A DNA stretch of 60,965 nt from Girardia tigrina. Lineage: Eukaryota. The position numbers were made by a program, and so were the translations under genes. The DNA lies in the NCBI GenBank assembly GCA_001938485.1, contig MQRK01067526.1:1-60965 (forward strand). Direction: 5' to 3'. The notes under the pieces were generated by a model. It was not told the DNA's origin, did no database searches, and saw only the letters and a program-made list of their open reading frames with translations. Shown here in pieces: positions 14,251-25,630 of this stretch (within the stretch, counting starts at the first letter, position 1; each line of letters starts with the position of its first letter).

Positions 14251-14581
14251 GACCATACATACGCCCCCGGCAGTCTTTTTTAATCATTATTTCAGTTTCG
14301 AAAACCAACAAAATAAAACCGAAGATCTATTTTATTATTCCATGCAACAATATACAAGCATAAGCCTGCTTTAAGCACTCTAATTTTTTCAAAGTAAACT
14401 TGTCGGTCATCCTCAACACCCATTAAAGAGCATCAAAGATATACACGACGTCGAAGGACAAGATAGCTATCAATCGTAGATTTCAAACCATCTTTTTCCT
14501 CAATTTCAACTACTAGCTTTTTAACTGCAACAACTTTAATATACGCTATTGGATCGTTATATAATCGTTATAATACGTTAT

Positions 14582-15116
14582 ATGATCGCGAGTCAAAGGG
14601 CTTTACGAAACCCCACGGCGAAATTAATGTAAAGGTTCATTTCGGTGAGCTGTGATGTGACCTTGTCCAGTTTTCTTGGAAGAGTGCAACATCAATCCGT
14701 CTGAAGGTGTTCGCATCTGGGCGGAGTTTGAGCGATCGTGTAAAGACCCGAAAGATGGTTAACTATGCTTGTTCAGGTTGAAGTCAGAGGAAACTCTGAT
14801 GGAGGACCACCGCGGTTCTGACGTGCAAATCGATCGTCGGACATGAGTCATGGGCGAAAGACTAATCGAACCATCTAATAGCTGGTTCCTTCCGAAGTTT
14901 CCCTCAGGATAGCTGGCGTTTATGATTCCGTAGTTGAACCTGGTAAAGCGAATGATTAGAAGTATTGGGGGCGAAATGCTCTCAAATTATTCTCAAACTT
15001 TAAATGGGTTCGAAGTGGGCCTCTTTTTAATATTTTTGTTGGAGGTGTACATCGAATACAAATGCCTAGTGGGCCATTTTTGGTAAGCCCAACTGGCGAT
15101 GTGGGATGAACCAAAC
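14582..15116 (+). rRNA. Isolated 28S (LSU) rRNA fragment, pseudogene
   Basis: Conserved eukaryotic LSU blocks GACCCGAAAGATGG, CTGACGTGCAAATCGATCGTC, GGCGAAAGACTAATCGAACCATCT, CCGAAGTTTCCCTCAGGATAGCTGG, GGTAAAGCGAATGATTAGA and GTGGGCCATTTTTGGTAAGC. No flanking rDNA, and some normally conserved positions differ. Confidence 0.95.
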
Positions 15117-15714
15117 ATTAGATCCTTGGGCAGTGTTTGCCTCTTAAAAACTTACACACAAAGAAGGAGAGAAAAAGTGCGTTAAAAGGTGGTCTTACCA
15201 ATAACAGGATGCATTTTAGTTCCAAAAAAATCTAGTAAATCAAAAAAAATTATATCCATTCTTTATGCAGACAAAACTCTACTTTGTCCACAAAATTTTA
15301 ATTAAAAAAATATTTTCAAAGAAAGCACTAAAAAATTCAAAAGTTCTGTTGACCAAGCAGAGTTCCGCCCGCATTAAGCATAGATATAAAAAATATTTTT
15401 TTGATTTACTGTTTAAACTTTAAATCGCTTTACTGAACTTTATTTATTTTTCAATGTATTTTTTTGTGAAATATAAACTTTTTATAATTTATAATTTATT
15501 TATAAACTTTTCATGCTAAAATTGTTCACGAACTCCCATGGGACCGTTTTTTACCAATTTTGAGACCATAAAAAGTTTTTTTTGATCAAATTTTCAAATT
15601 ATCAATAATTGTCATCGAGAATACGTAAGTGTACAATATTTGGAGAAAAATGATTGAGTAAAATGTCTTCAAAAATATGTTTCTAAATTCCATGGATATA
15701 TATATATATATATA

Positions 15715-16315
15715 CGAGGGGTGTCCAAAAAGTTCACGGACTGATAAGTAACAATAAATTCAAAAAGTTTATTCCAGTTAACAATATTGATCAATCCTCA
15801 TCAGAATCGCTATCGAACTTTTCAATATAATCACTATTCCGTTTCATTCACTTTTCCCATCTCTGTGTCAACTTCCTATTACCATTATCGAAGAAAATAC
15901 GCGGTCATAAATCATAAAATCATAAAAAATGCGTTCATCATCCTCCAGTGATTGAAGCCCTGTCTGGAATCGTTGCACCCACTTAAAGACAGCCGTTTTT
16001 CCCTTAGCGGCATCACCAAAGATGCGGTGAAAACGGTGCACAATATCTGCAGTTGGGGTCTTCCTTCCAGAGGAAATAGATGATTGCTTGTTGAGATTTC
16101 ACTGCATCTTCCATACTAACTACAAGAGAGAAAAATGACAAAATAATACATTCGTATGTCACACTCATGCCGACGGGCAGCTAATGAGAGTTCACCTCAA
16201 TTACAATTGGTTGGTTCCTCCCTCATGTCATCATACACACACCGCGCGTTACAGTCACGCACACACGGGACCACACCATATTCTCTCAGTCCGCGAACTT
16301 TTTGGATACCCCTCG
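15715..16315 (-). mobile_element. Internally deleted mariner (601 bp) with intact TIRs
   Basis: 30-bp TIRs CGAGGGGT(G/A)TCCAAAAAGTTC(A/G)CGGACTGA (28/30 match) with TA flanks. Carries N-terminal (QAIIYFLWKE, AVFKWVQRFQTG) and C-terminal (KLTQRWEK) remnants. Inserted in a (TA)n run inside another repeat. Confidence 0.9.
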
Positions 16316-16848
16316 TATATATATAAATATAAAGCAAGCTAATAGAATGAATGGAATAAAAAGAACGGAATTACAGTCATTTCCAAGACATGACATTATA
16401 TGAAACATTAAGAAGATGGGAAAATCACATTAGCTTTATAGAAATATTTAAGTACTTGTTATATTTAGTTTTAGTATACATTTAATTAATTGCATATGCA
16501 ATACTTAATTAACATTTTTAAATAATTTTTTTTTAGAAAAAAATAGAAAATATATTTATTAACAATTTTTTAGCGTGCCACCCTGTGGAACATGTATCAT
16601 AAGTTACTGACTACTGGACCTTGAAAACATAGCAAAGTAGAACAAGTATATATTAAATAATTAATTTAACTTATTCACTTTCGTAAAATATAAATATCGA
16701 TTAAAATAGACTATCAAAACACTCCTAAATGTAACAGTCTCAAATTAGTTTTTATCCAATACGCTCAGTAATCTAGTAACCCTTACAATTTATTAATATT
16801 TTTCGGTCAAACAAAACAGGCAATAATAATAAAAATATTCTCATTAAT

Positions 16849-17637
16849 TTAATCCGGCTTAAACTGACTAATAATATCATCCAACTGCAGTTGCAGTTGT
16901 TTCTGAATCATTTCATACCAGGCTATATTGTCATCGTAATGTTTCTGCAAGAGATTCTGTCGATTTTCTACGGATTTCTGAATCGCAACACATCGCTTTT
17001 TAGCAGCAATGACAGATTCTCGAAGCACCTTCACTTCTTTCGTTAATCTACCGATCTCCGTCTCGTGTTCGATCTTGGAGGGCTCCGTTAACTCGAACTT
17101 GTGAACACCGTATTTCATGAAGTTATTAGCGATACACTGGTACGAATTGATCGTCATATCCGATTCGTTTTTTACTCTCAATAACAAAAGTCCTCTTTCA
17201 GTGCATTGTATCGTCAGTTGACGAATCAGTTCATCGAAAAGATCCGAATATATTTGTCGTCTAATCGGACAAACAACTTGGTTTTTCGTTTTCCGTTGTC
17301 TTTCTAATGCTTCCACGCAATTTGTCAACAGAACCACATCTGCTCTCGTAGAAGGTATCGGCGACACGTATTGCGTATAGACAGTGTCGTTGAGTTCATA
17401 ACGAATCGGAGGAAGAATGACATTGATGAGAGCTGTCGTTTCTTTTAATGTGAGATAATTTTCGAAATCTTTAAACGTTGCAATAACTTTTCGTTGGGGA
17501 ATATTATCTGGCCGATCGATACAGCGGCCTTTCACTCTCGATTTATCGAGTTCGACAAATTTATTTTCGTCGTATAAAATAGGTTTTTCGTATTGGATTA
17601 ATATCTTTTCTGGATGAATGAGATGAAATTCATCCAT
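16849..17637 (-). CDS. DNALI1: Axonemal dynein light intermediate chain p28/DNALI1-like protein, intronless and divergent
   Basis: Uninterrupted ORF, first ATG at 17637, 262 aa. Motifs ILPP, VSPIPSTRADVV and VCPIRRQIYSDLFDELIRQLTIQCTERGLLLLRVKNE, followed by a coiled-coil tail. AATAAA at 16789-16794 (minus strand). Confidence 0.9.
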   Translation of the reverse strand: MDEFHLIHPEKILIQYEKPILYDENKFVELDKSRVKGRCIDRPDNIPQRKVIATFKDFENYLTLKETTALINVILPPIRYELNDTVYTQYVSPIPSTRADVVLLTNCVEALERQRKTKNQVVCPIRRQIYSDLFDELIRQLTIQCTERGLLLLRVKNESDMTINSYQCIANNFMKYGVHKFELTEPSKIEHETEIGRLTKEVKVLRESVIAAKKRCVAIQKSVENRQNLLQKHYDDNIAWYEMIQKQLQLQLDDIISQFKPD

Positions 17638-17706
17638 GACGAAATTCAATCAATAAATTAAATAAAACTCAATAATCATTATATTAAATTATAGTAATAA
17701 GAATAA

Positions 17707-17746
<40 letters not shown>

Positions 17747-18228
17747 AATATAGTATCTTTCCCATTTGTTTAGAGAATTGTCTCATTAATTAAAAGAATT
17801 TATATTAATTGAATCCACCTCACAAAAGTCTAGCCAATCACAGAGAGGAATAGTTAAAATAATTTAATTTAATGAAAGAATGTCCGATGATTGAAAGAAT
17901 TTAATATAGAAGCATATATAATACATGTACACACATACTTACTGCATGAAGACATAACTTTACACACTAACAAATTTACGAAATATGTAAGACTTCGTGT
18001 TGCAATGTTTAAAAGTAATTTCATTTAATAAAAGAATAATAAGTTTTACAAAAAGCTCCAATAAAAATTATTAGTTTTTGTTATTAATAAATGGATTATA
18101 CAGTATATATATATATATAATAGATAAGGACTTTTCTTCCATAAAAGAAGAAAACGTTATTAAATTTATATTAAACAATATATAATAAATAAATATTTTT
18201 ATTGTTCGACTAATGACCAATTTGAATT

Positions 18229-18670
18229 CTACCAATTTACAAAATACCTTATAAAAATTGAATCACTTTTATATATCCTTTTATTTTTCAGTAAATCATC
18301 CAAAGAAATAAATTTGGGATTTCCAAAACCAATGCTAATTGTTTGGATGCTAATAGTTTACTAAAAACATTCTGTTTGCGTATCTCTGTATAATAGTGGA
18401 ATATTTTATCACCATAAATATTTTCATAAAACTTATTGACTAAACCAAGTCTAATTTTCATTTTCATCGGCCAAGATAAATTATCATTGTGGTCTCCTTT
18501 CATTGTGACAGAAGATAGATAAATGGGTAGTTTTACCTAAACCAGATCCATTTGGATGAATCGTTAAAAACAATTCGTACCCATTTAAATGTGAATAGAA
18601 CGGCTTACAAATTGAATAAGTCTATCTTCCTTCCTGTAAGCTTTTATTAATTTATTACTGAAATTTCATT
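18229..18670 (-). pseudogene. TRAF-type MATH (TRAF-C) domain fragment with frameshifts
   Basis: Across frames: KPFYSHLNGYELFLTIHPNGSGLGKTTHLSIFC / TMKGDHNDNLSWPMKMKIRLGLVN / SIGFGNPKFISLDDLLKNKRIYKSDSIFIRYFVNW*. This matches the TRAF-C pattern PFY..GY....YPNG.G.G..THLS.F...MKG..D..L.WP and GFG.P.FI...YI.DD.IFI. Confidence 0.85.
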
Positions 18671-18782
18671 AAAAATAATAAACAATTATATCATTGATTA
18701 AAAGATTTCTTTTAATCAATGAGATAATTCTCTAATTAAATGAGACAGACAGTATACACCTTGTTGCGGAGACTGTGCCACA

Positions 18783-18990
18783 TAAGAATGAATGTCCTAC
18801 TATATCAAATATGTTTATTTTGAATTCCTTATTTCATTTTTGTCACTCCGTAATTGATACCTATTGTCGCTAAATATTTTTCAACAAATCGTTTATCACA
18901 GTATCTTCTAATGAGACAACTCCTTCCGACAGCCTGATTGCAAATAGTGATTATTTTGATTCTGAGAAGTTTCAAATTATCTTTTATCAT
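18783..18990 (-). pseudogene. DNAJC27: RJL/DNAJC27-type Rab-like GTPase N-terminal fragment
   Basis: RIKIITICNQAVGRSCLIRRYCDKRFVEKYLATIGINYGVTK, then after a frameshift near 18830 EFKINIFDIVGHSF. The RJL signature is KRYCEKRFVSKYLATIGIDYG...KVNIFDMAGHPFF. The P-loop is altered and the fragment stops after G3. Confidence 0.85.
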
Positions 18991-19415
18991 TGATTTTGTT
19001 TTTATTAATGAATTAAAACTATTTTTCATTATCAATTCGATTTTAAATTGTTATTTAAATTTAGTTTTAATAGCAACCGCGAATTTGAATTTTCCAATGA
19101 CGATAACGAATTACATTATTCAGACAAAATCGAACAAGATCTTTTTTTCTTTTTTTGATGACAAAACATTGTTCCTTATTTTTTGTGACATTGAAAAATT
19201 GTGATAAAATCATATGCATTTTCACATCCCACTACTGAAAGACCAATCAAATTTCATTTTCTCTTTTTACAAGCATGATTAAACATAGAAAACACATTCA
19301 TTGGTCTATTCAAATTATTAATCATACATACATGCACATACATTATTCATTTTAATAGGGCATTTTGTTATTTGCTAAGGTCCTTAAATATATAATATTT
19401 GTCTAAAAAGTGAAG

Positions 19416-20760
19416 TGATGTGAAGTCTCTCCAATGTATGTGACGGAACATCCATTACATGTATATTGGTATAATGAGATCCGAATACAATCCTAATGGC
19501 GTTTGAGATTTATTGGCAGTTTTTCAATATTCTTGTTTTATATTCATGTTTTCAATTTTCTGGGAACGGGATATTACTTTTAAACTTATTGCATTATCTA
19601 ACACTTTCAAAATAGAATTTATAAATATTTTAAACCCTTATGAATATGGTACAGTTAACACATAATCAATTCCCAAACTTTTATAATTAGTGTTGCAAAA
19701 TTGCTCTTGATCTTGAACATCTAAAATTTTGGTATTATTTTTTTTGTCAATTAATTTATCAATAGTTTCCTTTTTTAATTTCTCCACTATCGATTTTGAA
19801 TATCCATTATCATATAATGATTTGTTTAATTATTACATCCTTTGTTATGTTATTACATCCTTTATGTGTAGATGAAAGAGCCCATGAGCGAAAAATAAGA
19901 CCTTTAATCATATTTCAACGATATTTGGGTTCACAGAAACTGATCGGTGTTGTATACAACCCCTTGTCAGTTTTCTTTCTGTAAATCTCCGTCTAATAAC
20001 GTCCGTTTTTTCTCTCAATTAATAAATCAAGAAAGGACAATTTCTTATTTCGATAGTGGAGAAATTAACAAAGGAAACTATTGATAAATTAATTGACAAA
20101 AATTATAGTAAAATTTTAAATGTTCAAGATCAAGAGCAATCTGGCAACACTAATGAAAAAAGTTTGGGAATTGGTTATGTGTTAATTTTACCATATTCAT
20201 AGAGGTTTAAAATATTTATAAATTCCATTTTGAAAGTGTTAGATAATGCAATAAGTTTAAAAGTAATATCCCGTACCCAGAAAATTGAAAACATGTTCGC
20301 CAATAAATCTCAAACGCCATTAGGATTGTGTTCGGATCTCATTATACCAATATACATGTAATGGATGTACCGTCACATACATTGGAGAGACTTCACATCA
20401 TCTCTGTAAGAGAATCCAGGAACACAGTCGCAATGAAGATGGAAGTAACATTGCAGGACATAGTAGACATTGTAAAGGAGATATAACTTCACAACAATTT
20501 AAAATTCTGTGCACTCAATTTAAAAATTATTGGGATAGAGTGACACGTTATATATAAGATCTTTGGATCCTAAAATTAACGTTCAAACTGCACTCTCTAC
20601 AACTTTGTTGAGAGTTTTTAAATGATGTACTGATAACATATTGATTGCATAATCATTGACTGTACTTTATAAGTAAATTTCGTTTGAAAAATCATTTGTT
20701 CTGACGATGACGGTTAAACCGTCGAAATTAATAAACTTTGATTGGCTTAAGAACTTTTTA
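19416..20760 (+). mobile_element. 5'-truncated Penelope-like retroelement with an inverted 5' segment
   Basis: Plus strand 20050-20625: linker and GIY-YIG (LIIPIYM/YTCNGCTVTYIGETSHHLCKRIQEH). Minus strand 20049-19416: RT C-terminus (LSFLDLLIERK, IYRKKTDKGLY). Inverted arms 19416-19793/20050-20400. Confidence 0.9.
20698..20736 (+). ncRNA. Minimal type-I hammerhead ribozyme
   Basis: GTT-CTGACGA-T-GACGGT-TAA-ACCGTC-GAAA-TTAA-T-A-AAC: 6-bp stem II, palindromic stem III (ATTAAT), AUA triplet. Lies about 75 nt after the PLE stop. Confidence 0.8.
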
Positions 20761-22129
20761 TTTGATAATTTGCCAATTTTATTTGAATTTATTCACAATT
20801 AATAATAAAGTATAATAATTACGATTTAAAAATTAAAACAGAAACTTTCAAAGTCGAAAATTCTGCTCACCCGTCATATATGATGGATATTTTTCTAGTA
20901 TACAATAATATGTATTAATGTATATTTAAATTTAAATTTATTGTTGAAATGAAATTTTCAACAACTATTTCTATTATAATGATCGATATCGAATTAAATC
21001 TGTGATTATATAAATGGAATACACGCGATTAAAATGAAGCAAAAGCGTTCTGTTCATTAAAAACGTTTGTTCATTGTAATGTGTAAAATGAACTGGGCTG
21101 CTGTTGGAAATGCAATTTAGATTCCAAAATTTTTGATGTTTACGACGAAAAATACATCAAAAACAAGGACTACATAAACTAGTCCGGCAGCATCGACTCG
21201 GATTTAGATGCATTGAAACCGTATCTCATTAATCACTACAGAATCATGTCTGGATTTCCTCAGAGAATCCACTTTGACTCGCTAGTGAGACTGAAGTTTT
21301 GGGTTGTGGGTGTCCGATATTTGCGAGTCGCGTTTAGATTTCTTGAAATTACGAAAAATACCATTGAATTCGTTAAAGAAAAAGATCACGTTTTGATGTT
21401 TTTTTCAGAGAAACAGATCGCTGTTATTATTAAATTAAATTTAATAAATATTTGCATTTTGTGGTCTGATTTTGTTTTTTCTGCCTATAAATGATAAATG
21501 ACGATCGGGTGACGGCAAGTTGTGAGTCGGTCTGTTCTAAAAATGGTCTACAAAGAGATTCAAAAAGCCCATCAAAGTTAGTACTCTTAGAATTATTTGC
21601 GAGATTTTATTGAGTGCCTGGTGTACGAGATAATCTATTCCCTAATGAATGAATTCCTCAACAAATCACTAAAACATGCAGATAATTTTTAAGACTAGTA
21701 AGACTATTAAAAGTTCACTGATACGATGGAAAGGCTACAGGAAGTGCTCCAGGAAAAAGATGTTATCTCCTCAAATCAACATAGACTAATATGTATCGTT
21801 TTATTTCTTCTTTGGTAAACCTTTGTTTCCCTGAGGAAACGTTAAAATCGTTGTAAAAGATGAAAGTTAGTAGAAGCAAAATCAAGTAAATAAATTGTAT
21901 GGCTTTACAGATCGTTCATTAAATTTCCCTTTTACTTTCTCCCTTTTAATATCCTGATGGTAGACGATTTACTGTTGACGAGGGAAATTTAGTTTGGCAT
22001 TATTATAACAAATGATGCCCTGAAGATTTATTTTGTTTTGGTTCTGATATTAATAAAAGAAAATATGAACGACATTACGTTATTTAAGGGTACTCAACTT
22101 GATTTCAAAACTTTCCTATATGATTTATA

Positions 22130-22518
22130 CAGAGCCGTAGTGAGGGTGGTGCGAGCGGTGCGGCCGCACCGGGCGCATGGGCGCCAAAATCGCAAAATGA
22201 CCAATTTTAATTTTGTTTGTTTTTATTATATATTAAAGTTGAAAAGTTATAAAATCAAAATTTCATAATAATAATTATAGTAGTCTTTTTTGTTTAATGG
22301 CAAAGCATCCATGAATTTATCCGAATAAATTGATGTTTTCTTATAGCTAGGCGATGCAAGGCTTAAGCATCAATGCTGCGTCATAGAGCATGTGAATACG
22401 AACGTCCAAAGTCAATTTAATTCTTTTAAGGCATAATTTGTAATAGTGAATCTTTTTCGCGCTGGGGGCGCCAGATTTGAACTTTCACAGGGCGCAATTT
22501 TTCCTTTCTACGGCTCTG
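22130..22518. mobile_element. hAT-type MITE
   Basis: Perfect 11-bp TIR CAGAGCCGTAG/CTACGGCTCTG and exact 8-bp TSD GATTTATA (22122-22129, 22519-22526). GC-rich subterminal GGGCGC motifs. Confidence 0.9.
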
Positions 22519-23199
22519 GATTTATATGAGATCCTTGATTTACATTTTAAAATGTTTATTTGTTATTTTGTTATAATAAATAATTTTTTATCTGCTATTA
22601 ATGGAGAATTTATTTTTCTCCTTAATTGCTCTGTCAATTAACGTTTTCTTTCCGATTTTTTTCTTCAATTTCAATCAGATGTGGAGATGAATTGTTAAAT
22701 TAAATCTTTAATTTGTAATTTGATTCAAACTCGATTCTGTATTAAAGGAACAGTAATTATCCTAAAAAAATGTGGAACATTTCATCAAATTATTTTATCT
22801 TTTCAAAAATTTTTAATGACTTTTTTATAGCATTTGAAATATAATATATTTTAACTACATAATTATTGGCTTGAATACATTTATGAATAACACAAACCAA
22901 ATTGTCATTAAAACAGCTCATTGTGGAACTTTAAGGATTTTTATTACTCTTGATTTTTATATTTTAAGATTCTTACATTATGAACTGGAATTTCGGTTAT
23001 TCATTAAATTTATTATCAAAATATGATCAAATTATTTCAATTAAATACAATTTTAAATTATTTCAATAATTATCAATTTTCAATTATTTCACCAAACTAT
23101 TTTAAAACTATTTTGCTTTGACTGTTCCCTACTCTGAGGGTTTCAGAAAATTCCAAAACTATTTTATGAATCAAGATGAAAATAATTAATTAAATTTAA

Positions 23200-23570
23200 A
23201 AATTGTGTCTAGATTATGTAAGATAAAAAGTTTGTTGAGTAGCAAATCTTTCACACAAACTGGTTTATGTTCCAATTTAGTTTATCGGTATAAATGCAAT
23301 GAGTGTGAAGTCAAAAATATCTAAGAGACTTGTCGTCATCTCTGTAAAGTTATTCAGGAATATAATCGACGGAAAAGTGATAGTAATATTGCTTAACATT
23401 AAAAGAACGATTTGAATAGTATAGTTGATATAAGTTATTTTAAGATTTTGTGTTCACAATTTGATAATTGCAGGGAGATGACAATGTGTGAAGCATTGTT
23501 GATCAAATCCTTTGATCCTAAAATCAGTGTACAAACACCTCATTAGCTTTATTGAAAGAATTTTCATGAT
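23200..23570 (+). pseudogene. Degenerate Penelope GIY-YIG fragment
   Basis: GLCSNLVYRYKCNECE, ETCRHLCKVIQEY and MCEALLIKSFDPK. Confidence 0.8.
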
Positions 23571-23619
23571 TTATAAATTACACAATGATAAGAGAAACAT
23601 AGCATTTATATAAGGGTGA

Positions 23620-24780
23620 ATAAATTGTATATTATATGTATTTTATACATTATTTATTCTTAGGAACATTTTGATATATAATTCACATTGTAGAGCCTTT
23701 TCTACAAAAGTCTAATTCTTTTATAAATATGTTAAAATGTCAAAAAAAGCATGGAGAAAAAAGCAATTCGATTTTTTATGAAATTATAATTCGTCTTATA
23801 ACAGCGGAAACTTATATAAACATTTTTGGTAGCTACAGCCGAGATTCCACGACTGAAAGAACACGATTCCGATTGTATGCTAAATTCCACTCCGGCAATA
23901 CGCACCTTAAAGACGAATCGCGCTACGGAGTCCGTAGTACGGACGCCCAACAACCATTGATAAACGAGCTACAAGCTGTTTCATTAAAAGGGATTCGACC
24001 GAAACTCACGCAGAATGGCCGCTAAACTCCAAACTTCACATACAACTATTAATCGGAACCTTCAGAACCTCGCACGATTTCAACGAAATTTAAAAAAAAT
24101 CGCCGAATTAATGACTGTTCTTGGCTATTGCGCAAATTTACGCTGTGATAGATAAAAACAGATTTTGACATGTGATTATAAGTTTTTTGTCTACGATAAA
24201 TGAAGAGGATAACCCCGTCAACTGAGAAAAAGTACGCCTCGAAGTTATCCACATCAAAAAGGTGATGTGAACGTTTTGAGGACGGCAGCGGGGTCTATTC
24301 ACTCGTAAAAATTTTTGCATGCTAAAACCATCACTTTTGAAGTTTTACTGTACCCAATTAGACCGTGTTCACGCTGCTCCATCAAAACGGCTCGTGTTTG
24401 TTTTCAACAAAACAGCCTAAACCTCATATTTCACGCAGGATACTTCAAAAACTTGAAGGATTGGATTGGAATCTTCTGAAGCACCCAAAATATGGACCAG
24501 ACGATGCCCCATCTGATTATCATCTTTTTAGGTCGCTGGAAATTCTCCTCCGAAGACTCATCTTCATTGAAGATGAGCACATTGAAAGAAGCCCTTCAAA
24601 ACTTTTTACATGCGAACAACAGCGTTTTACGGCTGCAGAATTTTACCGTTGTAGCCTCATCGGAGAAAAATAATAAAAAATAAAGGTGATGCATTTATGA
24701 AAAGGATCGCTTGTTATTTTAAAAATTATGTTTTTAATAAAGTAGTAATTTGCTAACAAAATTTTCGCTCAAACTTGATA
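23620..24780 (+). mobile_element. Degenerate mariner element
   Basis: AKFHSGNTHLKDESRYG (HTH/linker) and LDWNLLKHPKYGPDDAPSDYHLFRSL. Confidence 0.85.
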
Positions 24781-25243
24781 GAAATATTAAATTTATATTA
24801 TGTAAAAACGAATGTTTATTTATTAAAATATACAGTTTGAATATTAATAAAAATTTTCATTTGCTATTTCAACAAAATAATTATTTTAATTTTATTCAAA
24901 AAAAATAATTTTAGTTTTATTAAACTAATTCCATTTTTATATCAAAAAATGATTTTATTCGTGTCACAATTTATAATTATTTTGATAAATTTTTTCAATG
25001 TATTTTGCACAGTAGATTTAAATTCCCGGGAAATTTAAAATAATATATCAGAAACAAAATAAGAAAATTAAAATTTTTGCCTCAGTTGTTATTTTCGTTT
25101 TTTCCGGTTCGCAAATTTTCTATTTTTCAAGCTGAATAATAACAGTCAAATATTTTACGATATATGTTTCACAAAAAAAGACCACTTTGTCTTGAAATCC
25201 ATTTATAAAACAAACCAGTTTCATCATTACGACATTTTCAGTG

Positions 25244-25630
25244 TGTGAGGAATGTTTTGAATTGTGTGTTGATATTGTGCATGTTGTATGTTCATTTGGA
25301 TTGCGCCTCTCCTACACAGATGGATGATTGGTATTTTCTTTGATTCTTCTAATTAAAAATAATTTAATTTAATTTTAAAGTAAAAAGATTTAAAATAATT
25401 TTGGAATGTATTATTTATTTTTTAATGTAATTTAAAATTTTAATATATTAATTTGATATGTTCTTTTTTTAAAAATGTTTAGATTTAATTTCAACCAATT
25501 AAATTCTTTATAATTAATAATTTTTATTAACAGATTTTCACTTATTAGAAAAAAATTAGTATGAACTCAGAAATATTGATTAAGAAAAATGCCAAATAGT
25601 TAATGCGCTTGTAATATTAATAAATGTTTG
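25244..25630 (+). repeat. Copy 6 of TGTGAGGAAT-module family
   Basis: TGTGAGGAAT at 25244. Long near-identity to inverted 1500-1871. ATG at 25589 gives MPNS*CACNINKC. Confidence 0.85.

Noticed and set aside
21831-21866. Additional hammerhead (CTGAGGA-AACG...CGTT-GTAA)
   Set aside because: The GAAA core is altered and there is no stem III or cleavage triplet. At best a decayed relic.
25244-25345. TGTGAGGAAT module as a PHD-finger or signal-peptide exon (CEEC..., DDWYF)
   Set aside because: Copies differ by frame-breaking indels, and the W codon alternates between TGG, TGA and TAA. Conservation looks nucleotide-level.
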